Part shown: positions 1 to 10,900 of the stretch, in pieces
Layout: every line of letters starts with the position of its first letter
Position numbering within the stretch: position 1 is the stretch's first letter
DNA from: Bugula neritina
Taxonomy: Eukaryota; Animalia; Bryozoa
Length of the DNA stretch: 64,000 bases
Assembly (NCBI GenBank): GCA_964035545.1
Contig: OZ037768.1
Coordinates: 15,855,875 to 15,919,874, forward strand
Reading direction: 5' to 3'
Made by a program: the position numbers and the translations under genes
The notes under the pieces: generated by a model
Told to the model about the DNA's origin: nothing
Seen by the model: only the letters and a program-made list of their open reading frames with translations
The model's database searches: none

Positions 1-635
1 ACTGTAATATTAGCAATTAGGGTTTAGATAATTTGTTAAATCATAAGTAATTGTTAATGTTTTCATGAAAATTCCAGCAATATCAATGCTGTTTGGGAGA
101 TTCTATTGGTATTATAATACAGTGGCAATTAACTAAAATGTATGTAATTATTCTTAATTTCATCAGTATTCATTGAATATAGCAATCAGTAAATTTCAGA
201 GTAGTCAGGCTTGAGAATAATATATTTTTAATTTTAGCTGCTTATAAATGTACAAAGCTACCCCCCCCCCCTCAATATATATTTCTATTAAACATGTGTG
301 CTATTTTTGATAGAAATCGCATATTATGTTCATAATTCAAATAAACTTATTAAGTTACTGATTTGCTTCTTAAAATTATTGTACATTTTTTGAACAAAAC
401 TTATAACTGTAATAAGATTAGCCTTTGACTTGCCGTGATTTTGATTCATGTAATGCTACCAGAAAAATCACGCTAAATGTTGGCTGTAGCAGAGTCAAAA
501 TTGAACACAAAAAATAATGTAGAAAATATTTGAAGATCAGTTCTCAGGCCAGACTATGATACTGACCTAGCACAATTTTCTATTAGTTGACATTCTAAGC
601 AAATTAAGTTTTCAAATACTTTGTCAGCAAGATTA

Positions 636-787
636 TGTGTATGAGTGTGTGTGAGTGTGTATGAGGGTGTGTGCATGTGTATGAGTGTGTGTGAGTGTGT
701 GTGAGCGTGTGTGAGCGTGCGTGCGTGCGCGTGTGTTTGAGTTTTTTGTCTTTGTGTGCATGCATGTGTGTGTGGTGGGTGTGTGTA
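636..787. repeat. Compound (TG)n/(TGAG)/(GCGT) microsatellite
   Basis: Visible runs of tgtgtgtgag/gcgt; explains the His/Thr-rich spurious ORFs 554..790 and 633..950. Confidence 0.9.
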
Positions 788-1366
788 CAAAATATAAATA
801 CAGATTTATATTTTTATAAATGTGTTCTGATGTAACCTGCTTACTTGAACTATGTGTAAAAATACAAAGCTTACAAGCTTCAGCTTCTTCAATGCCAATA
901 AACTTTTTATATAGTATTAAAAAGGTTTTATTATCACTATCTTCTTTCATTATAAGTTTGTACTAATAACGTTCATCAGAACTTGACCGATATTGTGCAG
1001 ATAATTCCTGTGGATTTGAGAGTTTTGAATGCATTTCTTCATTCTGGTGTAGGTATGAGAGAGGAAACAAGCAGAAAGGTATATATTATAACCATTACCT
1101 AATAAAGTCAGGATCTTTGAAAATTTGATAATAGCAAGTTACTCTCTATTACACAACTCGTGCATAGCAAAGCCTAGTCTGCTAAAATTCCTATGCATAA
1201 GTTTAATGCTTAGAAGAAACTGATGCAACTGGACAAGTTTTGAAAATTTAATTCGACGCGAGAATTTCACTATTTTACTTCTACCTGTAATTGTATAAAT
1301 TGTAGAATAGTAAAGCTACTTTATTATTTATTTAGGTTTGTAAACAAGTGATCATAGAAGCAAGGC

Positions 1367-1719
1367 TGTAGTAATTTGTGCAATTACTGAGCGTGAGTTA
1401 TTTACTTGCGTATAGTTAGCTGGTTATTCTGTTATCAATTACTAGGGTAGCTGTCGAGTAATTATATTTATTATCCACAATAAAGCATAAACCAAACATC
1501 ACATCAAATTATCCTATACAAGAGTCAACTACTAACACATGTTACTACTACAAGCCTCCGCTTACAACAACGTGATATAATGTTAATAACCCGGGAAGTG
1601 TCACGTGAATCGGAAGCATATCTTCCGGAGCTGCTAATTGGTTGCTACATAAGAGTCTAAGTATTCCAAGAGTAGGGAGAGGGCGATTCCCGTGTTTGTA
1701 CTTTGCACTACTCACTACA
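1367..1719 (-). repeat. 3' LTR of element A
   Basis: Direct repeat of 5398-5750; TG...CA ends; minus-strand AATAAA at about 1467-1472. Confidence 0.96.
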
Positions 1720-1730
1720 CCGTCCCCCCC
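1720..1730 (-). promoter_or_regulatory. Polypurine tract of element A (GGGGGGGACGG)
   Basis: G-rich tract abutting the 3' LTR on the minus strand. Confidence 0.85.
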
Positions 1731-2012
1731 AGCAGAAAGCCCTACTTTCTGATAACACAATAAAAAAAACACATAATGAAAAACTATACAATAATCCAAA
1801 AAGAAAAACATACATAAGTAAACCCACAAAGAGTAAGAAAAGAAATAGTTAAACACGACAACATGTACATTAGAAGACAACAGGGTGATCGATCACACAC
1901 ATCTAGTCAGCTATTAAGAGAGAGGGTGCTTACCAGCACGCGGGCCAATGTCGGAGCGCTCGTCACATTCCAAACGAGTATCGCTCAACGAAGGTGCCTA
2001 CCCCAGGCATTC

Positions 2013-2608
2013 TCATTGGTTGGACTCTGATTCTTGTAGCGACCGTGCTCTGTGTCGAGCCTGTCGGGCCCGTAGCCGCCTCTTCAGTCGTCCCACTGAG
2101 TCCTTCAACTGGTATAGACCTGTCGTCGTATCCAGCAGGTCAGGGGCAAGTTGTGTGAACTCGGCTTGTAGTCTTATAAGCCGCTCTTCTACGTTAGCCA
2201 GCTGGCTAGGCCTTGGTGGGGTTGTAGTGGTCTCCGTTAGAGGGGATATTGTTGTTTCTTCTACTTCTGGGGTGTTGCTAGGGTTGACGGGGGTAGGAGG
2301 TGGGCCCTGAACCATAGGGGACTTATGGCGGCGGATAGTAGCAGTACGTGAAACCCTGACGTAAGTGCGGCCAGGGTGATAGCCTTCCTGATGACTGGCT
2401 TGATGGCATCCAGGTATAGGGGGAAACTGTCTTCATCAACAGTGTGGTTCTCTCCGGCGAAGCAGCTTAGCTTATGTACTGTCACGGGATACGGGTAGAC
2501 GTCGTGGAACCCGCAGGGACAGAAGTGGAGTAGGAAATGGGCGTCTACATGTAAACGCAGAAAGTGGTAATGATGGCAGGCTTGACGTTGGGGGCGGTGA
2601 GCGCACTT
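2013..2608 (-). pseudogene. Disrupted extra 3' ORF of element A: Cys/His Zn-finger-like region, Pro/Thr linker, coiled coil
   Basis: Frame open 2608-2261 reads KCAHRPQRQACHHYHFLRLHVDAHFLLHFCPCGFHDVYPYPVTVHKLSC. Overlapping ORF 2315-2013 has a PT-rich linker, a heptad pattern (LANVEERLIRLQAEFTQL...LYQLKDSVGRLKRRL) and a basic tail. Confidence 0.5.
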
Positions 2609-4463
2609 TCAAGGACGGAAGTGGCCTTTCTCGCCTCGCCAAGTCTTCCTGACGTGTCATGGAGGTGTTTCCGGCCAGGTTGACAGTCTCCGCCTGCCGA
2701 GACCTTCTCGCACAATGCGTCTGCCGCCCCGCTTCACCAGGGAGACGGCTATGCTTGTTGGTCTGGCAGACTTTGCACCGTCTCACTCTGCGTCGGATAT
2801 CCCGTTCCATGTTAGGCCAGTACCACCGGAGTTGTAGCTTGGTGACCACCCCTTGGACTCCTCCGTGAGTCTCCTCGTGGGTGTCTTGTATCAACTTCCG
2901 GCGGATGGCAACTGGGCAGACAACCCTCTTCCTGGCTGGCTGTCTGCTGTTGGCGGCCAAGGTCATGGTTAGCAGACCATCTGGCCCGACCCGCAGAGAG
3001 CTCCAACGTTGACAGTACAGCCGTAACTCGGCGCATCCCTGTCGCCGTTGTGTACTACTGGGTCGTCGCCCCTCCTGTTTCGCTCGGTACACGTCGGCTA
3101 CCACCCCAGGAAGGCGTTCCTGGAGCTTCGGCAGCTCCCTAACGTTACCAGCCCATACAGGTTTGGCGCGGAGGCTCTGGGCAGCCTCCGGGGGCGTGTC
3201 AGCCCTCTGTTGGAGTAGCTGAGCAGGGGCGGTCCTCGCCGCCCGTGGTACCTCACGGCAGCCTGCTCTATTTAGGCGGGCTCCGTGGTCTGTGTGGCTG
3301 AACGCCTCACTGTACCCATGTGGCAACCTAGCCATAGCCTGGCGCTTCCCGTTGCCTGTGCAGCCACGCGTCCCTGGAGGAGGGGAGGCGTGGGTTGGGA
3401 CGGTCCTCCGCCCTCGAGACGGGCTCTGCTGAGGACCTTCCGTCGTAGCTCCCGACGACGGCCCAATGGCTTCCTCCTGGACAGGATGGAAGCGACCCAG
3501 CATGGATCTGGGTGGTAGGTCTACTGTCTCTGAGAAGGGGTTGACACACTGCACTGAGATCTCTCCTTGCCCCGTGAGCCGGCTAAAACTACGGGCAAGT
3601 TGGACTCTCGAGTGCGTACTTTCGACAACTCCCAACTTAGAGGTTTGGCCACCGTCTACCTTGCAGCGGACGGTAGCCCGGGAGTGGCCTGGTATAGTAC
3701 AGCTCCGTACTACCTGCACTGCTCCCGCTAGAGGACGACCAAACTTATCGACACAAGCGAGCTCCTTGTCGCCCATGATCATCGCAGATTTACTGAAATC
3801 GATGCGACAACCGTGTCGTTGTAAGAATGGCATCCCGAGGATAGCATCCTCGTTGAGCTGCCCGACGATAAACGTCTCCTGGATGGCCTGGTTACGGACG
3901 TAACCAGTTAGCTCAATAATGCCGTAGAAGGGAATGCACGACCCGTCTGCCAGGGTGCCATGATCCCCCTCATATGGTGCCAACCCGTCCTTGACCTTAG
4001 CGCTGAGGGTGTCAAAGAACTGACGGCTAAGGAGGTTGGTGGTGCAGCCGGAGTCCAGGAGGAAGTTGGCAGGCTTGCCGGCTAGCTTCCCTGGTAGGAA
4101 GTAGCTACTTCCGTGCGGCTGCAATTGTGTGTGCCGTGGTTGCACCTCCCTCGCTGTGGGTCGAGGGGTCCACGGTCGGCGGCGACTATTGACCAGCTGC
4201 CGAGGTTGGGGCGATACGCCTTGCGGCGCCTGTACCGTTTCCCTCGCAGGCTCTGTGGTCAACTGTCTGCCGGCTCCGTGTTGGTGCCGGAGTGGCGTAG
4301 AGGACCCAGGCGGCGAGTGGCTTGAGCCTACTTGCCGCGGGGGTCGCCACTTCACAGCATCTCCGCGCGGCGCCCAGCGGGGCGACAGACGCGCGGGCCT
4401 CCCTGGGTGATTCACAGACGGCCCGCAGGAGGTGGGAACATCTGCGGGCCGGGGTAGTTTAAC
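2472..4463 (-). CDS. Internally deleted pol: aspartic protease + integrase HHCC zinc-binding domain, reached by -1 frameshift from gag
   Basis: ORF 2472..4565. Protease FLLDSGCT (DSG 4047-4055) and ILGMPFL; HHCC motif THEETHGG...WYWPNM...CKVC. No YxDD RT motif, RNase H or DDE core. Confidence 0.88.
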   Translation of the reverse strand, partial: VKLPRPADVPTSCGPSVNHPGRPARLSPRWAPRGDAVKWRPPRQVGSSHSPPGSSTPLRHQHGAGRQLTTEPARETVQAPQGVSPQPRQLVNSRRRPWTPRPTAREVQPRHTQLQPHGSSYFLPGKLAGKPANFLLDSGCTTNLLSRQFFDTLSAKVKDGLAPYEGDHGTLADGSCIPFYGIIELTGYVRNQAIQETFIVGQLNEDAILGMPFLQRHGCRIDFSKSAMIMGDKELACVDKFGRPLAGAVQVVRSCTIPGHSRATVRCKVDGGQTSKLGVVESTHSRVQLARSFSRLTGQGEISVQCVNPFSETVDLPPRSMLGRFHPVQEEAIGPSSGATTEGPQQSPSRGRRTVPTHASPPPGTRGCTGNGKRQAMARLPHGYSEAFSHTDHGARLNRAGCREVPRAARTAPAQLLQQRADTPPEAAQSLRAKPVWAGNVRELPKLQERLPGVVADVYRAKQEGRRPSSTQRRQGCAELRLYCQRWSSLRVGPDGLLTMTLAANSRQPARKRVVCPVAIRRKLIQDTHEETHGGVQGVVTKLQLRWYWPNMERDIRRRVRRCKVCQTNKHSRLPGEAGRQTHCARRSRQAETVNLAGNTSMTRQEDLARRERPLPSLKVRSPPPTSSLPSLPLSAFTCRRPFPTPLLSLRVPRRLPVSRDST

Positions 4464-5362
4464 CCTGGTGGGAGCCGAGGGCAGTTTCTCTGGAAATGTC
4501 CTGGTCTTCCGCATTCCCAGCAGAAGTGGTGCCCCATGCCTGGTGATTGTACCTGCGGCCCGCAAGGCTCACGGGCAGTATCTACCTGGCTTGGGGAAGC
4601 TAATGTGGTGACCAGTTTATCTAGCATGTCAGTCATCTGTGAGATTTTTGACGCTAGTGACATCTGGTTCACATTAGCCACCGCGGAGGGTTCCGCGTTT
4701 AGTTCGGTGTGAGCAGTAGAGTGCTCCGTGGTCACCTGGCGGGAGGCCACGCGGTTGCGGTGCATATGAGTCGCCAAGAGGTAGGCTTCTCCCACCGCAA
4801 GTGCATCTTCGACCGTGGTGACTCCCCTCGCTTGGAGTTGATGGTGGAGCCCCAAGTCGTTGATGGACTGCACGAAGGCATCATAGGTATACCTCTCACG
4901 GTGTACCGGAGGCAGATCGCGGAATGCGATCTGCGCTAATGGGTATACCATGGCAGCGTGCTCTTCTAGTGACGTGTGAGGATCACGCCGCATCCTCTGT
5001 AGACGGGCCCGCGCATCTATGGGAGAGATGCCAAAACAGGCCCGCAGGGAAGCAAAGATTCCGTCTATGTCAGGTCCCGCTCCGTACGGCTTAGCTTTGC
5101 CCGTCAGCGCCATCCTGAGCTTTAGCAACGCCACCCTTGGCGGCCATTCTGCAATCTCCATCACATCCTGGAATTCTTGGATGAACTGCTCCACTGCTTC
5201 TTCGCCGGTGAAGGTGGGCGCCTTCAGCCGGTATCTATCTTCACCATGCTCTCTAAGAATTCTCACTTCTTCATCTAACACCACTGGTTCCACAGGTATA
5301 TCAACATTATCTCTCTCACCTTCATTCAGTGGAATGGGTAGCTCCGTGCCGTCTTCTGCCAT
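4412..5362 (-). CDS. gag: Gag (capsid + CCHC zinc knuckle) of element A
   Basis: ORF 4412..5377, first ATG at 5362 just after the PBS; capsid-like PTFTGEEAVEQFIQEF...W; knuckle CWECGRPGHFQRNC. Confidence 0.93.
   Translation of the reverse strand: MAEDGTELPIPLNEGERDNVDIPVEPVVLDEEVRILREHGEDRYRLKAPTFTGEEAVEQFIQEFQDVMEIAEWPPRVALLKLRMALTGKAKPYGAGPDIDGIFASLRACFGISPIDARARLQRMRRDPHTSLEEHAAMVYPLAQIAFRDLPPVHRERYTYDAFVQSINDLGLHHQLQARGVTTVEDALAVGEAYLLATHMHRNRVASRQVTTEHSTAHTELNAEPSAVANVNQMSLASKISQMTDMLDKLVTTLASPSQVDTAREPCGPQVQSPGMGHHFCWECGRPGHFQRNCPRLPPGLNYPGPQMFPPPAGRL
4419..4463 (-). promoter_or_regulatory. -1 programmed ribosomal frameshift signal (G_TTA_AAC + 10-bp GC-rich stem-loop)
   Basis: Heptamer 4463-4457 in the gag frame (GGG TTA AAC), 5-nt spacer, perfect stem CGGCCCGCAG/CTGCGGGCCG with a 13-nt loop; a -1 shift enters the pol frame (...LPRPADVP). 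Confidence 0.75.
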
Positions 5363-5378
5363 GACTGCTATACGCAAG

Positions 5379-5396
5379 ATCCCACTGCTGCCACCA
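5379..5396 (-). promoter_or_regulatory. Primer binding site, tRNA-Leu type (TGGTGGCAGCAGTGGGAT)
   Basis: 18 nt, one base inside the 5' LTR boundary; complementary to the 3' end of animal tRNA-Leu (...ATCCCAC[C/T]GCTGCCACCA). Confidence 0.85.
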
Positions 5397-5397
5397 C

Positions 5398-5750
5398 TGT
5401 AGTAATTTGTGCAATTACTGAGCGTGAGTTATTTACTTGCGTATAGTTAGCTGGTTATTCTGTTATCAATTACTAGGGTAGCTGTCGAGTAATTATATTT
5501 ATTATCCACAATAAAGCATAAACCAAACATCACATCAAATTATCCTATACAAGAGTCAACTACTAACACATGTTACTACTACAAGCCTCCGCTTACAACA
5601 ACGTGATATAATGTTAATAACCCGGGAAGTGTCACGTGAATCGGAAGCATATCTTCCGGAGCTGCTAATTGGTTGCTACATAAGAGTCTAAGTATTCCAA
5701 GAGTAGGGAGAGGGCGATTCCCGTGTTTGTACTTTGCACTACTCACTACA
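5398..5750 (-). repeat. 5' LTR of element A
   Basis: Identical copy of 1367-1719. Confidence 0.96.
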
Positions 5751-7765
5751 AGGCTACAAATTAGGATAGTCAAGATGAAAAAACTAGACTCTAATTCAGA
5801 AAGAATGTTCTATTAGCCCACCCACTCAAATTCTGCTTGAGAGAAATTTAAGAAAAGTGTATATGCAGAAGATCTAATGAAGATCTGCTTAAACAGATAG
5901 CATAATTATATCAAAATTTAAAAAGATAGGTACTACACAACAGATGTTTTAATTGTAGTAGAGGATATGAACAGAAAAGGGTTAAAGTCAGTTCACATTA
6001 ATTATAATTAAGGTTGAGCCCGCAGTCTTATTTTTTCTAAATGTAATTTGTACAAAAAATACCTTGTAAAAATAATATGAATATATTATATTTGCACAGG
6101 ATAATGGTATATAAACAAGTAAATCGATTTGTTATATATAAATTACCAACTGGACCAACTCTTTTGTATGAAAATAACATGTGGGCTATCATGCACAAGA
6201 CATCTGGCAGAGAAAAGCAACTCTTACAAAGGAGCAATGCTTATGTTTTGCCTTAAAATTCACAACAAAAAGCTATAGAGAGTAAAAAATTAAAACAAAT
6301 GCAAGCATCTTTTTATATCTAAATTGAGGCAAAACTGAATATATGAACAGCATAGGAGTGGTGTAATTAGTGAAGTTCTAGTGAGAATAAATACTAAGGG
6401 ATAAACAATGTGAAGTAACTTCTAGAATAGAGATTTAAAACAGAGAAGATTGGCAATGGCACAAGATGACTGTCAGAGCTTGGTGTGACAAAAGGAGTGC
6501 AAGTCGAGCACTGGTGGTCAGACAGAGGTTTGATAGAGCTCAATTTGACTTCCTACACAACATCCTACTGTTTTGTTTGTATAAGGTTATAGTAGTAATG
6601 GAATTCATCAACAGACTATGTGCCAAATATATATATATATATTAAAGTGAATGAATCATGAAAATTAGCACAGGATTAAAAGTTTCTGTCGCATTTAAAA
6701 AACTACATAAAAAAACTTTCTAAAAACTAGATTGCCAAAATCTTTTGACAACCTTAAGCATTTTAATTTAATTCAAAGTGTTATTTGTAACAATTACAAA
6801 AGTAGTTGATAATTTAGAGTTGAGTCATTTTTGGAATCAAAAAGTGATAAAATTTGAATTATATTTAGTGCTATAAATACTGCTTTGTTTTACTTTTTTC
6901 ATTCATGGATGATTCTTTATTTATAGAATAGAATTAACATAGGTACCAAGTTTTAAAACCACAAATTATAGTGCTAAATAATAGGCTCCTGCTATAATTA
7001 TCAGACCTGCACATAGTTTCTACTAGCTTTTTACTTAAAGTTTGATTTTTGTTAGAAACATGTAACATAATAAATTAGAGTTTTGCTTTTAATTTCAGAA
7101 ACATAAAACCTTTTTTAATAACTTAGCCAATCATGTGCTCTTTTGTAAATATAGGTCATAACTAATAGAACCAAATGATTTGCCATACCATAATTCACCA
7201 ATTCATTAGTGGGTGAAAATTTATCCCAGTTTATTGACTACAAATATTATTCAAGTGTTATTAGAAAGCTATAAATAAATAAGGTATAAATTTATTTAAC
7301 TATTTAAATATTAAAATGTATGAAATACTCTAATTTACTACTATAGACTCCAATATAGAACAGGTGAATGCATTGGTAATAATATAACATATTCTATTGA
7401 AAGAGTAGCATATGGAAGACGATGTTAAGCAAAAATAAGTTTGTTTATTGTAATAATAATAAACCATATAGATACTAAAAAAATTCAGAAATTATAGTAG
7501 AATCATTTACAACCGAACATGGTGTTAATAAGCAGAAGTAATAGTCACTAGCTATAAATCGGGAAAAAAACTAAATATATGTGTATACTATGAAAAATAG
7601 TATACCCATAGTAAAATGACAGAAATACAGTAACTTGGAAAGTTAACTGAAGAGTAGAGTGAAAATGATGTAAGCTGGATGTTCTTTGAACATTAATTAA
7701 ATATATTTATGTCGTTCAACTTCATACAAATATAACGTATCCTACATCTACAATAACGACGAAAA

Positions 7766-7887
7766 TGTTGTATTATACTCGAATTACCGCACACTCGGAA
7801 TTACTTAACTGTTTTGTTTTATTCGTATGCGTTGTTATAGTACGTATGCTTCTTCTAAAAATACATCCTCTTAGTATTAACACAACA
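7766..7887 (+). repeat. 5' LTR of element B
   Basis: About 95% identical to 11956-12077. Confidence 0.93.
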
Positions 7888-7900
7888 TGGTGGCCAGTAC
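7888..7900 (+). promoter_or_regulatory. Primer binding site, tRNA-Ile type (TGGTGGCCAGTAC)
   Basis: Immediately after the LTR; complementary to the ...GTACTGGCCA-CCA 3' end of tRNA-Ile(AAT). Confidence 0.75.
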
Positions 7901-7982
7901 AAAGTTTTAAGTTTATCGTGTTTAATCCGTGCCATCTGCTGTCCTTGGTTTCTTTTTCTGGCATTATTGTCGATTTACTGCT

Positions 7983-10900
7983 ATGGCAAAGTTTAATCCG
8001 TACCTGCTGAGTTTGACTTTTTGCCAGAGAAATGGGCAGAGTGGGCCAAGAGATGGAGTATATATATAGACAGATTTCTAAGTTAGATAAAGAGGATCGA
8101 AAGAAATACAAATTAATAGTTTCTTGTATTGTATGGGACCTACAAGTGAAAGCATCTTTAGCAGCCTAGGTCTCTCTGAAGAAAATGAAAAGAAATACAA
8201 TGAGGTGCTAGCTGGATTTGAGAACTACTTCTCACCCAAGAAATATGTCATCTATGAAAGAGCAAAATTCTTCAAGCGTGACCAGCAGCAAGCCAAATCA
8301 GTAGAACATTATATTCGTGCTTTAAATGAGTTGGCAGACAAATGTGACTTTGGAGTTAGCCTAGGGCAACACTGCGCGTATTTTCGCATGCGAAAATTGA
8401 AACCACAGGTAGCAAAGGTGTCCACTGTAGCATCAGTGATGCGGAATAAATAAAGCTTTCATTTTTAAATCGCATTCGCTTTTAATAAAACGCAATTAAC
8501 TGGAATATAGCACTAAAATAAAAGAATTGGGCTCGCTAAATAACTACCAGCCAATTAGGTGACGACGACAGAGACGATTCGCACTTGCGTTCAGAATGCT
8601 GAGCGACAAATGCGAATGTTTTCTCAACGCATGCAGTGGACACCTTTGCTACTTGTGGTTTAAATGTTCGCATGCGAAAATACGCACAGTGTGGCCCTAG
8701 GCTTAAGCGGTCAGAACAAATCAGAGATAGACTACTTGTTGGTATAGTTGACCAAGGGCTAAGCCATGAGATGCAAAAGATGGACATTGGCCAGTTAACT
8801 GAAGCAACAGCCGTGGCCATGGCTAGACAAGCAGAACAAGTGGACAAAAATGTAAAGGAGCTGTACAATGATGTGAAATCGCTTGATGCGGTAAGAGTCA
8901 GCAGTAGTAAACATAAACATTCAACCCAACAGAGTAAAGCAGCTAATTCAGCTCAAGCAGATACTAATCCATGTGTTAGATGTGGCCACAACACACACAG
9001 ATTTGGAAAATGTCCTGCGCAAGATTCTGTGTGTCACAAATGCCAAAAACGAGGACATTTTGCTAGAGTGTGCAGGTCAAAAGAAGGAGCAGTACAATCT
9101 GTGGAAGAGAACGATTATGACCAGCCTACCAGCAACGTTGAACCCTGCAACAAAGGAAAATACTTTTTGGGTGAAATAACAGACAGAGATGCTAACGTTG
9201 AATGGACAAAGTCTGTAGTCGTAGATCAACTATTCGTGCCTAGGCGATTCAAGTTGGATACCGGTGCAGATGTTACCATCATCCCGCAGCAACTCTGTAA
9301 GTCAGTACAGCTTAAACAGCCAGACAAGTCATTGTTTGGACCAAGTAATAGTCAGATACTAGTGTTAGGCTATTTTGACAGTACACTATCTGTAAGCAAG
9401 CACAAAGTAGCAGATAGACTATGTGTTGTAGCTCACAATAAAGTTTTGCTTAGTAGACGTGCATGTGTAGGCTTAGGTCTTGTATCATGTAATACCCAAT
9501 TTGATTGTGTTACTGAAAGTACTGATAAATTTAGAAATGAGTTTCCTAGTCTTTTTTCTGGCTTAGGTAAAATGAGCCAGGAGGCAGAGATTCAAGTAAA
9601 CACCGGTTCCCCCCTTATGCTATTTGCGTTCCGCGTTCTGTGCCGTATCCATTATTAGGTAAGGTGAAGGCTGAGTTAGATGAAATGGTAAAGTTAGGAG
9701 TTATCTTCCCTGTTATTGAACCAACTGATGGTGCTCACCCATGGTCATAGTCACCAAAGCAAGTGGTCGTATTCGTATATGTGTAGACTACACTCAGTTG
9801 AATAAAGTAGTCAGGAGGGAGGTATACCCAATGGCCCATGTCGACTTTAGTCTCGCTAAATTAGGTAATGGGAAAGTTTTCAGCAAGTTGGATGCAAACT
9901 CTGGGTTTTATCAGATACCCCTGTCCAAGTCTAATAAACTCCCTACTACATTTTTGACCCCATTTGGTCGGTATGCTTATCATAGGTTGCTGTTTAGGCT
10001 GTCATCTAGCCCAGAGATCTATGCCAAAGTTGTGTCACAGGTTCTTTGTGATCTAGAAGGAGTTATTGTCCATATGGATGATGTTTGTGTCTGGAGCAAT
10101 ACTGTGGAGGAACATGATGCTAGAGTCCGTGCTGTCCTCAGACGCATGTCTGATGCAGGAATGACTATGGACAGTTCCAAGTGTGAATTTTCTAAAAGTT
10201 CAATCAAGTTTCTGGGGCATTCAATTTCTGATAAAAGCATTCAAGCCAACCCTGAGGCAGTTTAAGGAATTAGGGATTTCAGAACTCCTGGAAGTGTCTC
10301 AGATGTTCGTAGCTTTTTGGGTATGGCAAATCAGTTGAGTAAGTTTACCCCTAAATTGGCGGAGCTATCTAAGCCTCTCAGAGATTTGTTGTGTAAAACG
10401 TCTCCTTGGTTCTGGGGCGAGGCTCAATCTATAGCCTTTGCCCAAATCAAAGAGGAGCTGTCGAGAGATTTTGTTCTTGCGGCTTATGACCCGAAGGCTG
10501 AGACCATTATACAGACTGATGCGTACCGGAATGGCATTGGTGCTGTATTGCTGCAACTTCAGCCGGATGGTTCCAAGAGGGTGGTTGCAGCAGCTTCTCG
10601 TGCTCTGACTGATACTGAGATGAGGTATGCAACCATCGAACAGGAGGCAATGGGGGTTGTGTGGGCATGTACTAAGTCTAGAAATTACATTACAGGTATC
10701 ACAGTCAAGATACAGACTGATCACAAGCCTTTGATCCCATTACTGAATGAAATTGAACTGGATAAACTGACTGTTCACATTTAGCGTTTCAGGATGAGGT
10801 TTATGAGGTTTGCTTATGTCGTTGAACACATTGCTGGTAAGGATAATGTGCTTGCTGATGCATTATTCCGCTCACAGGCTTCGCCTAGTGTGGATGAAGT

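Larger units (their letters stand above)
1367..5750 (-). mobile_element. Ty3/Gypsy LTR retrotransposon A, recently inserted, non-autonomous (gag + protease + integrase Zn-finger; no RT, RNase H or integrase core)
   Basis: Two 353-bp LTRs (1367-1719, 5398-5750), identical by eye, ends TGTAGT...ACTACA. 4-bp TSD AGGC (1363-1366, 5751-5754). PBS beside the right LTR and PPT beside the left LTR; gag and pol-derived ORFs on the minus strand. Confidence 0.96.

Noticed and set aside
554-950. His/Thr-rich minus-strand ORFs
   Set aside because: Translations of the TG microsatellite.
1548-5773. ORFs 1548..1880 and 5579..5773 sharing a peptide, and plus-strand ORFs at 1948, 2659, 3285, 3466, 4113, 4129, 4709 and 5019
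   Set aside because: The shared peptide is just the duplicated LTR; the others are antisense shadows of GC-rich gag/pol.
960-6600. Coding-like fragments flanking element A (e.g. ELGVTKGVQVEHWWS near 6476-6520), perhaps an old transposase or pseudogene hit by the insertion
   Set aside because: Frequent stops and no motif I can identify with confidence; needs tBLASTx.
5750-7766. Idea that element B is the helper of element A
   Set aside because: Different LTRs, PBS (Ile vs Leu), TSD length (5 vs 4) and gag-pol organisation; B is also dead and older.
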